Made by a program: the position numbers and the translations under genes. Shown here piece after piece: positions 29,263 through 39,253 of a stretch of DNA of 64,000 bases (its first letter is position 1; each line of letters starts with the position of its first letter). The notes under the pieces were generated by a model. The model was not told the origin of the DNA and made no database searches. It saw only the letters and a list, made by a program, of their open reading frames with translations. Source of the stretch: an uncultured Gemmatimonadota bacterium (GTDB lineage Bacteria > GCA-2686955); NCBI GenBank assembly GCA_964490075.1, contig CAZBBK010000020.1, positions 1 through 64,000 on the forward strand, given 5' to 3'.

Positions 29263-30229
29263 CGCGCTGACGACGAGCCCCGTCGAGGCCGAGGTCGTGG
29301 CCGCGCTGGAGCAGCGCTACCGGGGCGGCGAGGCGGATTTGCCGGAGCTCGCCTTCCCCCTCAAGCTGCAGATCCAGACCCAGTCCCGATGCCAGGCGGC
29401 GTGCGTCATGTGTCCCTACCCGGTGATCTCCGAAGAGCTGCCGATGGGACGCATGGAGGAGCCGCTCTTCGAGCGGATCGTGCGCGAGGCCGGCCGTCAT
29501 CCGGTCGAGCGGATCAGCCTCTTCCTGCACAACGAGCCCTTGCTCGACAAGCGTTTGACGCGCCTGGTGGCCCTGGCCCGACGCCACGCGCCGCGGGCCC
29601 GCCAGGCGCTCTTCACCAACGGCGAGCTGGCCACGGTCGAGCGGGTGCGGGCCCTGGTCGACGCCGGTCTGGACGAGCTCGACCTGAGCATCAACGGAGG
29701 GGATGCGCCGACCTTCGAGCGGGTCAACGCGGGGCTCAGCTTCGAGCGGGTGGTCGGCAACGTCGACGCGCTGGTGGCGGCGCGGCTGCGCGGCGATCTC
29801 GGCGGGCTGCGCATCAAGATCGTGGCCCTCGATGTGGAGGGCGTGCCGGAGTCGCTCGACCGCCTCGAGCGGCGTTGGCCGCGCGAGGGCGCGCAGGTCT
29901 TCGTCAAGCCGGTCACCAACCGCGCCGGCAACGTCGCCGCTCGCGATTCCGAGCCGGGCGGCGCCGACGCGGCCGCGCAGCGCCCGCGGCCCTGCCAGCG
30001 CCCCTTCGTCAAGGCCTACGTAGTCTGGAACGGCGACCTGATCCTCTGCAACTGCGACTGGCGTCGCGAGGTGGTGCTCGGCAATCTGCTCGAGGACTCG
30101 CTGGAAGAGATCTGGAAGGGGTCGCGGGCGCGCGAGATCCGCATGCGTCATTGGCGGGGGGAGATCCCTTCCGACTCGCTCTGCGGCCGCTGCGACTATC
30201 CGCGCCGGGCGGCCGAAGAGGATGACTGA
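29249..30229 (+). CDS. Radical SAM protein with SPASM/twitch auxiliary cluster (BtrN-like dehydrogenase candidate)
   Basis: CQAACVMC; NEPLLD; FTNG; NRAG; C-terminal PCQRPF...LCNCD...GN...IW...LCGRC. Confidence 0.9.
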   Translation: MRLFDALTTSPVEAEVVAALEQRYRGGEADLPELAFPLKLQIQTQSRCQAACVMCPYPVISEELPMGRMEEPLFERIVREAGRHPVERISLFLHNEPLLDKRLTRLVALARRHAPRARQALFTNGELATVERVRALVDAGLDELDLSINGGDAPTFERVNAGLSFERVVGNVDALVAARLRGDLGGLRIKIVALDVEGVPESLDRLERRWPREGAQVFVKPVTNRAGNVAARDSEPGGADAAAQRPRPCQRPFVKAYVVWNGDLILCNCDWRREVVLGNLLEDSLEEIWKGSRAREIRMRHWRGEIPSDSLCGRCDYPRRAAEEDD

Positions 30230-31526
30230 CGCGCGCCCCATCCCGGTCGCCGTGCTCGGTGGCTCCAGCGTCTCGACGCCGGTGCTGATGGAGGAGCTGG
30301 GCCGGGCCTGGGCGCGCGGCGAGCTGCCCTCGCTCGAGCTGCGGCTGCACGGGCGCGCCGCGGAGCGCCTGCGCGGGGTGCTGCGCTATGGCCGTGCGCG
30401 GCTCGCGGACCTCCTGTCGGGCGACCTCGAGCCAGACTCGGAGGCCGACCTTCCACCCGCGCCGACCTTCCGCGCCTCGAACGATCTCGAAGAGACCCTC
30501 GAAGGCGCGGCGCTGGTCCTCTGCCAGGTGCGCCCCGGCGGCTTCCAGGGCCGGGCCGGCGACGAGGCGCTGGCGCTGCGTCACGGCGTGCCGGGCGACG
30601 AGGGGCTGGGACCGAGCGGGCTGGCCTGCTTTCTGCGCGGCCTGAGCACGATGGACTCGCTCCACGCCGCCATCGCCCGCCACGCGCCGCGCGCGGTGGT
30701 GCTGCACATGACCAGCCCCCTCGGTCTCACGGTGGCCCGCGCTCGGCGTCTCCACGGCCTGCGCTGCTACGGCATCTGCGAGCTGCCGGCCCTCACCGCG
30801 CGGCGCGTGGTCGACGCGCTCGGCCCGCGGCTCGGCTGCACGGAGCTGGAGGTCGACCACGCCGGCACCCACCACCAGTGCTGGCTGCACCGCTTCCGCG
30901 ACGCGCGCGGCGCCGATCGCACCACCGAGCTGCTGCGGGCGATCGACGATCCCGAGCTGGTGCGGGTCGCTCCCGAGCGGATCCGCCGCGAGGGCGCGGT
31001 GCCGCTGCCCTACTTGCGACTCTACTACCACACCGAACGCGAGCTGCGTGCCCAGCGCGCCGCGCGGACCGGGCGTGGCCGCTGGCTTGGCGACTGGGCG
31101 GCACGGCTGGAACGCGCCTACGTCGCACGTCCGGAGCCGGATCGGGGGCGGATCGATGCGCTGCTAGGGATGCGCCGCCTCGACTGGTACCGCGCCGGAG
31201 TGGTGCCGGCGATCGCGGCCTTCCTGGGGAGGCGCGAGAGGCGCATCTCGCTCGACCTGCCGGGGGGCGGGGCGCTGCCGGGTGTCGATCCGGAGGCGGT
31301 GGTCGAGCTGCCCTGCCGGGTGCGGGAGGGGCGCGTCAGCGCGGCGCCGGTGCCGCCGCTGCCGCCCGGGCCGGCGGCGCTCCATCGCCGCATCCTGGAG
31401 TTCGAGCGCCTGGCTCATGCTTGCGCCGACGCGCCCACCCGCGGCGCCCTCGAGACCTGCCTGGCGGCCCATCCCCTGGTCCCCGACGCCGGTGTTGCCG
31501 CCCGTCTGGCCGCGGAGATCCTGTAG
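30222..31526 (+). CDS. Glycoside hydrolase family 4-like protein (divergent)
   Basis: VAVLGGSSVSTP; QVRPGG; DEALALRHGVPGDEGLGPSG; GICELP; VVELPC; AHPLVP. Confidence 0.85.
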   Translation: MTDARPIPVAVLGGSSVSTPVLMEELGRAWARGELPSLELRLHGRAAERLRGVLRYGRARLADLLSGDLEPDSEADLPPAPTFRASNDLEETLEGAALVLCQVRPGGFQGRAGDEALALRHGVPGDEGLGPSGLACFLRGLSTMDSLHAAIARHAPRAVVLHMTSPLGLTVARARRLHGLRCYGICELPALTARRVVDALGPRLGCTELEVDHAGTHHQCWLHRFRDARGADRTTELLRAIDDPELVRVAPERIRREGAVPLPYLRLYYHTERELRAQRAARTGRGRWLGDWAARLERAYVARPEPDRGRIDALLGMRRLDWYRAGVVPAIAAFLGRRERRISLDLPGGGALPGVDPEAVVELPCRVREGRVSAAPVPPLPPGPAALHRRILEFERLAHACADAPTRGALETCLAAHPLVPDAGVAARLAAEIL

Positions 31527-31667
31527 ACGCAAGGCTCAGGGCGGAGCCCAAGAGCGCGCGGGGTTCGGCCCGGTCGATCGCAGTGGCGAGCTGCCTTGGA
31601 GAGCCGACCTCTCCAACATCCACATGGCGGCCGGCACGGTGGGGCCGGTCGTCGAGAGCCGAGCCTC

Positions 31668-32390
31668 GTGGGACACGACACAGCCTGGGACCGAATCGCG
31701 CACCAGCGGATCGACTTCGTGATCGGCGGCGCGCGGAAGGGCGGGACCTCCGCGCTCTACCAGTACCTGAGGCTGCATCCCCAAATCTCGATGGCGGCCC
31801 AGAAGGAGCTGCACTTCTTCGACAACGACGCGACGTTCAGCCGCGGACGTGTCGATCGCTCTCGCTACCACGCCGGAATGAAGTGGATCCTGCTGCTGCG
31901 CTCGCCGCTCGAGCGGGCCTACTCGCACTGGAACATGGAGCGCGAGAGAGAGATCGAAGCCTTGCCCTTCGGCCGGGCGCTGCGCCAGGAGCGGGCACGC
32001 TGCCGGGCGGGCAGGCCGGCGCAGCACCGGCTCTACTCCTACGCCGATCGCGGCTTCTACTCCGAGCAGATCCGCCGCATCTGGCACTTCTTCCCGGAGC
32101 GCCAGGTCCTCATCCTGCGCAACGAAGATCTACGCTTCCGGCCGCAGGCGACCCTGAACGAGATCTGCCGCTTTCTGGGAGTCGCGCCGCTGGCGATCGA
32201 TGCTCCGAGAACGGTGCACTCCCGCGTCTACCACGACCCGATGAACGAGGCCGATCGCGCCTACCTCGCTCGGCTCTTCGAGCCCGAGTTCCGCGCGCTC
32301 GAGGTGATGCTGGGCTGGAACCTGGACGATTGGCTCGAGGCCGCCGTGCCCCGGGGAGCCGATCCTCTGGAGACCGCTCAGAAGTCGTAG
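31668..32390 (+). CDS. PAPS-dependent sulfotransferase, apparently internally deleted (possible pseudogene)
   Basis: 5'-PSB DFVIGGARKGGTSAL; KELHFFD; 3'-PB LRSPLERAYSHW; the usual GEAT/SPxY segment between these is missing; start uncertain. Confidence 0.75.
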   Translation: MGHDTAWDRIAHQRIDFVIGGARKGGTSALYQYLRLHPQISMAAQKELHFFDNDATFSRGRVDRSRYHAGMKWILLLRSPLERAYSHWNMEREREIEALPFGRALRQERARCRAGRPAQHRLYSYADRGFYSEQIRRIWHFFPERQVLILRNEDLRFRPQATLNEICRFLGVAPLAIDAPRTVHSRVYHDPMNEADRAYLARLFEPEFRALEVMLGWNLDDWLEAAVPRGADPLETAQKS

Positions 32391-32800
32391 CGCAGCACCT
32401 GGTCCTCCAGGTGGATCACGATGGTGCCCGGCGGCGGTCCGTACTCCTCCTCCCAGGCCAGCCGCAGCGGTCTCAGGTCGAAGGCGCGGGTCTCGCGGAT
32501 CAGGGCATCGCAGGGATCGTCGTGGTCGTCGTGGTCGAGCAGCAGCCTTGCGCCCACCGGCCAGGTCTCCATGAAGAGACCGTCCCAGCAAGCGCGGAAA
32601 TCGTGGTCTCGGCAGCCGCCGCCGTAGATCAGCGTCGCCTTCAGCAGATCGCGGCCGATGCGGGCGCTGTCGAGCTCGAAGGGGTCGCCGGCCTCGGGAA
32701 CGCAGATCTCCACCGGCGGAGCGGCGGCCGGAACGCCGCGGCCACCGGTGATCTGCATGCAGGCGGCGAGGGGCACGAGCAGGAGGGTGCGGAGCAGCAT
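32378..32800 (-). CDS. Putative lipoprotein
   Basis: Lipobox-like LLVPLAAC; YGGGCRDHDF...HDDHDDPCDALI...FDL. Confidence 0.7.
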   Translation of the reverse strand: MLLRTLLLVPLAACMQITGGRGVPAAAPPVEICVPEAGDPFELDSARIGRDLLKATLIYGGGCRDHDFRACWDGLFMETWPVGARLLLDHDDHDDPCDALIRETRAFDLRPLRLAWEEEYGPPPGTIVIHLEDQVLRYDF

Positions 32801-32962
32801 GACGATCCTCCTGACCCCGGTCGAAGCCGGGGGGATGGGATGGCGGTGCCGGAGGGCCGGGTCGGCCGCCCGGACACCGGATCGGGTCCCCACATTCTAC
32901 TTCGAAGACCTCGAGATGGGCGACCGTCGCGCGGCGGACCACGGCTCGGGGGCCTCCGGGAG

Positions 32963-34697
32963 TCAATCTCCGTAGGCCGGATCCTCCGGCACCGGCTCCT
33001 CCCTCAGCAAGGCCACCATGCGCGGTAGCTGGGCGCGGTAGCTGAAGCGCCGCGCGACCGTTTCGCGGGCGGCTCCGCCCATCGATGCGCGCAGCTCCGG
33101 GTCGTCGATCAGGCGCTTCAGCGCGGCGCTCCATCCGGCCGCGTCGCGCGGCGCCATTCCGTCCACACCTTCGGTGACGATCGCTGCGTTGGCGCCGATC
33201 GGGCTGACCACCGGGGGCACGCCGCAGGCCATGAACTGCAGCGCCTTGAAGCCGCATTTCGACGCCGGCTCCTCGCCCTCCTCGAGCGGCATCAGGCCGA
33301 TGTCGAGCTCGGCCAGGTCGGCGACCTCGCGCTCCAGGGTCCAGCGGCGGTTGTCGATCGCCAACCCAGGGATCTGGTGCGCTTGCGAGGAGATCACCCG
33401 GACCCGCACCCCGCCGCGCCGCGCCAGCGTCGCCAGCACCGCCGCGATGGTGTCGAGATGACGCAGATTCCAGGGCGTTCCGACCCATCCGAGCAGCACC
33501 TCGTCCCGGTTCTCCCGGCGCGCGGCGGCCCCGGCCGCCGCATAGCGTTCGACGTCGACGCAGGTCGGGATGACGTGGACGGCCTGCGCGCGGTGGCGGG
33601 CGGCGTAGCGCGCCAGGGTCGGGTTGCCGGCGATCACGGCGTCGGCCAGGGCGATCGAGCGCGCCACCCGCTCGGGGCAGCGCAGGGCGTCGTAGATCGC
33701 CGAGAGGAGTGGTCCGCCGCCGCGCCGGGGGGGGGTGGTTAAAGGAAGGGAGAGCGGGGGGGTTGGGGAAATAGTTTTNNNNNNNNNNCTGGTAGTAGAG
33801 GTGGATGGCGTCGTCGAGATCGAGGATCAGCCGCGGGCCGAGACGCCGCAGCAGCGCCTCCATCGCCGGCCCGCCGTAGGGGAAGTAGGGGAAGAGGGCC
33901 AGCCGCACCACCACCACGTCGTCGCCGGCGACCCGGAAAAGCTGCACCAGGCGCCGGAAGAAGACCGCCACCATGTAGAGCCAGCGGCCGCCGGGGGTGT
34001 CGCGTCCGAAGGTGGCGGCGTGGAAGCGCGAGCCGGCCGGGTCGAGGGCCCGGCAGCGCATCCCCTCGACGCCGTCGAGGCGCTCCACCCAGTGGTGGAC
34101 CCGGTAGCGCGCGCCGGCCGCGGAGCGCGGGTAGAAGGGCAGAAAGGTGACGCGGGTGGCGGTCGATCGACGCCGCAGCGCGCGCGCCGCCGCGCCGAAG
34201 AGCGGAGCCGGCCCGCGCAGCCCGCGCAGCGTGGCCAGCGCGCAGCAGGCGAAGACGATCTCCGCCACCACCAGCAGCCGATGACCGATGCCGCGCACCA
34301 TCCAGGAGCCCGCCAGGCGCGCCGGCGTCAGAGGCCGCGCCCGGCCGTCGTCGATCTCGGCCGCGCCGCGGGAGCGCAGCGCCGCCCACTCGATCCAGAA
34401 GCAGCCGCGCCCGCCCGGCCGCGGATGCAGCATCGTGACCTGCCGCGGTCCGAGCGCACGGATCTCGGCAGCCAGGGCCGCGGCGTCGGCGCGGCCGAAG
34501 CGCTCCGGCGACCAGGCCTGCCGGTGGGCGCGATCGGGATCGTCGCTCTCGACCAGGTGGAAGCCGCCGCCCTCCCGCGGCAGCACCAGGTGCACCGGGC
34601 CGAGAGCACGCAGGCGCAGGAAGGCGCCCTTGGAGCGGGCGCCGCCGGCGCAGGGAAAGAGCACCACCGCCGCGACCCTCGCGCCGGGCTCCCTCAT
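32963..34697 (-). CDS. GT4 glycosyltransferase with N-terminal extension, interrupted by an assembly gap
   Basis: AGARYRV...DLDDAI before the gap; IPTCVD, GWVGT, DIGLMPL, KCGFKALQFMACGVP after it; 10 N at 33779-33788. Confidence 0.85.
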
Positions 34698-36676
34698 GCC
34701 AGAACCGGTCCCGCCGGCTCCCGCAGCAGCTCCTCGACGCCCCCGTCAGAGGCTCCCTCGGGCGGCCCCTCGGGCGCCGCGCGGTCGAGGTAGAGGCGCA
34801 TCCAGAGCTCCAGCACCACCAGGCTCCAGACCCGAATCTGCGGAATCCACCACTGCGTCACCCCGACCCCGGTCCTGGCGCCGCGGAAGGCGGCCAGCAG
34901 CTCGGCCACCGCGGCCGGTCGAAAGAGTCCGCGCCGGGCCACCAGCTCGGGGTCGAGCGCGGCCTCTACGATCGGTCGAAGTGGCCCGTGCATCCACTTG
35001 TGCATGGGGAAGTTGAAGCCTTGTTTGGCGCGCCGGAGCGCGCTCTCCGGGATCAAGTCCGCCACCGCGTCCTTGAGCACCGCCTTGAGCTCTCCGGCGC
35101 GGATCTTGTGCTCGGTCGGCATGGTCGCCGCCAGCTCCACCAGCTCGTGGTCGAGAAGCGGCACCCGGGCCTCGATCGAAAACGCCATCGAGAGCGAGTC
35201 CATATGACGCAGCAGGTCGTTCGGCAGGTAGGTGTGCAGGTCGGCGCGCAGCACCGCGTCGACCGGATCGCTGCCGCGCTCCAGGTGGGGCAGCACCAGG
35301 TCCTCGGTGCGCTGCTCCGCGCACAGCGTCGCCAGGGGCGGCGCGTAGAGCGCCAGGCGCTCCTCGTGGGTGGCGACGAACTTGTAGCCGGCATTGCGCT
35401 GCGCCGGGCTCAGAGCCGCCTGACGCAAAAAGGCCCCGGCGCGCGCCACCGGCAAGCGGGCCGCGAGGCGCCGTGCCGATGCGCCGCGCAAGAAGCCCGG
35501 CAGCCGCGCGAAGCGGCGGAAGAGCCGCTCCCGCTGCAGCAGCACCTGGTGGCGCTCGTAGCCGGCGAAGAGCTCGTCGCCGCCCAGCCCCGAGAGCACC
35601 ACCGGCACCCCCGCCTCGCGCGCCAGCTCCGAGACGAAGTAGTTGCAGAGGGCGAATCCGGCCGGCTCGTCCATCTGCCAGACGATGCGCGCCAGGGCCT
35701 TCGCCACGTCGTCGCCCGACAGTCGCCGCTCCCTATGACGCGTGCCCCAGCGCTCGGCCACCGCCCGTGCGTGCGGCAGCTCGTCGAGCTCCGCCCCCTC
35801 GGCGCCGAAGCCGATCGAGAAGGTGTGCAGCGGCCCCTCGACCACCTCGCTCATCAGCGCCACCACCGCCGAGGAGTCGGTGCCGCCCGACAAGAACGCC
35901 CCCACCGGCACGTCGGCCATCTTGCGCCGCCGCACGCTGCGCTCCAGCGCCGCTCGCAGCCGCTCGCACCACCGGCCGTGATCGAGACCCTGCTCGCCCT
36001 CGCGCGGCGGGCTCCACCAGCGCCGCGCCGTTCCGATGCCGGCCGCCGAGATCTCCTGCCGGTGCGCCGGAGGCAGCGCCGCCGCGCCGCGCAGCAGGGT
36101 GTGCGGCTGCGGCACCACGTAGAAGGCCAGGTAGTGGTGCAGCGCCACCGGATCGAGCTCGGCGTGGAACTCGGGATGGGCCACCAGCGCCTTCAGCTCC
36201 GACGCGAAGAGGAAGCGGTCGCCGGTGCGCGCCGTATAGAGCGGCTTGATCCCCAGCCGGTCGCGCACCAGCAAGAGCTTCTCGCCGTCCCACCAGGCGA
36301 AGGCGAACATCCCGTTCAGGCGCGGCAGCAGGCGCTCCGCGCCCCAGGCCACCAGGCCGCGCAGCAGCACCTCGGTGTCGGAGCGGGAGCGGAAACGCTG
36401 CCCCGCGCGCTCCAGCTCGCGGCGGATCTCGGCGTGGTTGTAGATCTCACCGTTGTAGACCAGCGCCGCGCCGCTCGCCCGGTCGATCATCGGCTGGTGA
36501 CCGGCCGCGCTCAGATCGACGATCGACAGGCGCCGATGCCCCAGCGCCACCGGTCCCGCCTCGAAGAAGCCCTCGTCGTCGGGACCGCGGTGGGCCAGCG
36601 CCCGCACCATCGGCCGCAGCTCCGCGCGCGCCGCCGGCCGGCCGTCGAGGCGCAGGACCCCGGCGATGCCGCACAT
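34694..36676 (-). CDS. asnB: Asparagine synthase (glutamine-hydrolysing)-like amidotransferase
   Basis: MCGIAG; HRGPD; LGHRRLSIVDL; YNGEIYN; RDRLGIKPL; FLSGGTDSS; SGLGGDELFAGY; EARVPLLD. Confidence 0.95.
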   Translation of the reverse strand: MCGIAGVLRLDGRPAARAELRPMVRALAHRGPDDEGFFEAGPVALGHRRLSIVDLSAAGHQPMIDRASGAALVYNGEIYNHAEIRRELERAGQRFRSRSDTEVLLRGLVAWGAERLLPRLNGMFAFAWWDGEKLLLVRDRLGIKPLYTARTGDRFLFASELKALVAHPEFHAELDPVALHHYLAFYVVPQPHTLLRGAAALPPAHRQEISAAGIGTARRWWSPPREGEQGLDHGRWCERLRAALERSVRRRKMADVPVGAFLSGGTDSSAVVALMSEVVEGPLHTFSIGFGAEGAELDELPHARAVAERWGTRHRERRLSGDDVAKALARIVWQMDEPAGFALCNYFVSELAREAGVPVVLSGLGGDELFAGYERHQVLLQRERLFRRFARLPGFLRGASARRLAARLPVARAGAFLRQAALSPAQRNAGYKFVATHEERLALYAPPLATLCAEQRTEDLVLPHLERGSDPVDAVLRADLHTYLPNDLLRHMDSLSMAFSIEARVPLLDHELVELAATMPTEHKIRAGELKAVLKDAVADLIPESALRRAKQGFNFPMHKWMHGPLRPIVEAALDPELVARRGLFRPAAVAELLAAFRGARTGVGVTQWWIPQIRVWSLVVLELWMRLYLDRAAPEGPPEGASDGGVEELLREPAGPVLA

Positions 36677-38037
36677 CAGCGTCCCCCCCGGCGCAGCAGC
36701 ATTCCCCGCAGGCCGCCGCGCACGTGGTACGAGATGCGCACCCGGCTGGCCCATCCCCGGTAGTCGGCGAAGGGGATCCTCAGCACCGAGCGCAGGCTCG
36801 CCTCGAGGTGCGGCGCGCGCAGATCGGCCGCCCGCCGCGGCGCCCGGCAGAAGCGGTCGACCGGCTCCACGATACGCTCCCACGAGAGCGGACCCGCGGC
36901 CATCGCCCGGGCCGCCCGCGCCATCGCCTCGCGGCGCTCTGCGTCGCTCAGGATATTTCTCATCAGCGTGGCCAGGGCGGGCGCGTCGAAGCGCTCCAGG
37001 ATCGCCGCCGCCCCCTCGCGCGCCGCCCATTCGCCCAGGTCGTTGCCGCCTGCCAGCACCACCGGCACGCCGCCCCAGAGCAGGTCGACCACGCGGTGGC
37101 GGAAGCAGAGCTCGGTCTCGAAATGGGGCGGCGAGAGTGCCACCGCCAGATCGGCCTCGTGGTAGATGCGGCCGCGCTGCTCGTAAGGCAGCCAGGGGTG
37201 GAAATGGACCCCGCCGATCTCCTCCTGCTCCACCCGGGTGCGCAGCGCCACGTAGCCGGCTCGCATCTCCGGCGCGGTCGGGTTGTCGGCGCCGACGAAG
37301 AGCAACTGCGCGTCGGGGCGCTCGGCGCGCAGTCGCAGCCAGGCGTCGAGCAGGATGTTGGCGTCGAGGTAGGGGTAGATGCCGCTCGACCAGAGCACGA
37401 TCGGGGCGTCCCGCGGGCAGTCGGAGCCGCGGATCAGGGGCGGCCCGGCCTTCGGGCTCCCCTCGGGGGCGGCCAGAGGCACGATGCGGATCAGACCCTC
37501 CAGGTCGCGCACCGTTTCGGTGTTCACGCGGCCCAGGAGCTGCAGCATTCCGAGGTAGAAGAGGCGCTGGCGCCGTCCGGCGCAGAGGAAGAGATCGCCG
37601 CCCCTCAGCGCCCGTGCCAGGTCGTGCAGCTTGCCGGCGTAGTAGAAGGCCTGCTCGGCGCCGAGCTGGGCCTCCTGGTTGAAGAGCCACGACACGAAGT
37701 GGGGATCGAAGAGATCGACGATGCGCGGCGCGGGCCCCAGGTCGCGGAAGACGCCGACCAGCTCCTGGGGCAGGATCGTCACGTCGGCGTCGCCCACGCA
37801 AGGGGCGAGGGAGCGTCCGGGTCGCCAGCGTCCGCCCTCCACGCCGGCCGGCAGCGCGCTCGCCGCGGCGCCGTCCCCGTCCGCCTCCGAGTCCGCCTGC
37901 GCCGGCTCGATCAGGGTCACCCGATGGCCACCAGCGGCCAGGGCGCGGGCCATCTCGAAGGGCCGAATCCCCGGCCCGGCCAGATTCCCGGAGGGATCGC
38001 GGATCGGCTTGAAGGAGAAGAGGGCGACGCGGGCCAA
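36676..38037 (-). CDS. Glycosyltransferase (GT-B)
   Basis: LAGPGIRPFEMARAL; DLFDP; WSSGIYPYLD; HFETELCFRHRVVDLLWGGVP; TTG start assumed. Confidence 0.82.
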   Translation of the reverse strand: MARVALFSFKPIRDPSGNLAGPGIRPFEMARALAAGGHRVTLIEPAQADSEADGDGAAASALPAGVEGGRWRPGRSLAPCVGDADVTILPQELVGVFRDLGPAPRIVDLFDPHFVSWLFNQEAQLGAEQAFYYAGKLHDLARALRGGDLFLCAGRRQRLFYLGMLQLLGRVNTETVRDLEGLIRIVPLAAPEGSPKAGPPLIRGSDCPRDAPIVLWSSGIYPYLDANILLDAWLRLRAERPDAQLLFVGADNPTAPEMRAGYVALRTRVEQEEIGGVHFHPWLPYEQRGRIYHEADLAVALSPPHFETELCFRHRVVDLLWGGVPVVLAGGNDLGEWAAREGAAAILERFDAPALATLMRNILSDAERREAMARAARAMAAGPLSWERIVEPVDRFCRAPRRAADLRAPHLEASLRSVLRIPFADYRGWASRVRISYHVRGGLRGMLLRRGGR

Positions 38038-38181
38038 GGGCGCTGCTCCGTTGCGAGGATGACGGGACGCGCATCGTCGCACGCCGCCGCGGCCCAGGGC
38101 ACCCTCGATTTCGTCCCTTCCAGCGCGCGGTTACCCTGCCAGCAACCGTCGCGGCCACCATCCTTCCGCGGAGTTCCCTCG

Positions 38182-39222
38182 ATGCCGACCGATCGCAACG
38201 CTCCCGAGAAATCGCTTCCCGCGCTCGCCCTCACCCTCCTCGTGGCGGCGGGAGGTGCACCACCGGCTTGCGGTGCCGAGATCCACCCGCATTCCCAGGA
38301 GTGGCCCCGCCCGCCCGGCAGCGCCGGCATGGTGCGGGTGCCGGCGGGGGAGATGCTGATGGGGGACGGCGAGGCGGCCTGCGGCTGGCAGCAGCGCGGC
38401 GTGCGCTTGAGCCACGACTTCTGGATCCAGGCCCACGAGGTCAGCAACGAGGAGTTTCGCTCGGCGCTGCAGTGGGCCCACGACCTGGGCCTGGTGAGCG
38501 CCACGCCCCAGGCCGTGCACGACGCCATGGGCAGCGGCGAGGAGCTGGTCGATCTGGACGACGACGAGTGCGAGCTGGCCTTCTCCGGCGGGATCTTCAC
38601 GCTGCGTCAGTCCGACTACGCCCTCGAGCACGCTTACCCCCAGGGCTACGATCCCGGCCCGCATCCGGCAAAGGAGGTGACCTGGTACGGCGCCGCGAGC
38701 TACTGCGACTGGCTGAGCCTGCGCTGCGGTCTGAGTCCCGCCTACGACCACGCCGACTGGAGCTGCGGCCCCCAGGGCGTGCCTTATCGGGCCGCCGGCT
38801 TCCGCCTGCCGACCGACGCCGAGTGGGAGTACGTGGCGCGCTTCGCCGACCAGCGGATCTATCCCTGGGGCGACGCCGAGCCCGATTGCGATCTGGCCAA
38901 CCACGACGGCGTCGACTCGTGCATCCGCTGGACCGCCCCGGTCGATTCTCATGCCGCGGGCGCCCAAAACACCCTCTCTCGGCCGATCCACCACATCTCC
39001 GGCAACGTCTACGAGTGGATCCACGACTGGTTCACCTGCTCGCTCGGCACGGCCCCGGTGCGCGACCCAATCGGACCGCCCACCGGCGTCAAGCGGGTGA
39101 TTCGCGGCGGCGGCTGGTACTCCCACCCGCGCTACACCCGCGCCGCCGCGCGCAACAGCGATCCGCCCGATTTCAGCGCCGGTGACGTCGGCCTGCGCCC
39201 GGTGCGAAGTATCGCGCCCTGA
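38182..39222 (+). CDS. Secreted FGE-sulfatase/SUMF1 (CLec-fold) domain protein
   Basis: MVRVPAGEMLMG; HEVSN; VTWYGAASYCDW; FRLPTDAEWEY; YPWG; SGNVYEW; RVIRGGGW; VGLR. Confidence 0.9.
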   Translation: MPTDRNAPEKSLPALALTLLVAAGGAPPACGAEIHPHSQEWPRPPGSAGMVRVPAGEMLMGDGEAACGWQQRGVRLSHDFWIQAHEVSNEEFRSALQWAHDLGLVSATPQAVHDAMGSGEELVDLDDDECELAFSGGIFTLRQSDYALEHAYPQGYDPGPHPAKEVTWYGAASYCDWLSLRCGLSPAYDHADWSCGPQGVPYRAAGFRLPTDAEWEYVARFADQRIYPWGDAEPDCDLANHDGVDSCIRWTAPVDSHAAGAQNTLSRPIHHISGNVYEWIHDWFTCSLGTAPVRDPIGPPTGVKRVIRGGGWYSHPRYTRAAARNSDPPDFSAGDVGLRPVRSIAP

Positions 39223-39253
39223 GTCCGGACTCGCCGCGAGTAGACTCCGCCCA

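Noticed and set aside
33721-33788. G-rich tract and frame break in the GT4 gene (possible phase variation or G-quadruplex)
   Set aside because: It abuts a 10-N gap and looks like low-quality read-end sequence
38182-39222. FGE/CLec-fold protein as a diversity-generating retroelement target
   Set aside because: No reverse transcriptase and no template repeat of its 3' end were seen in the window
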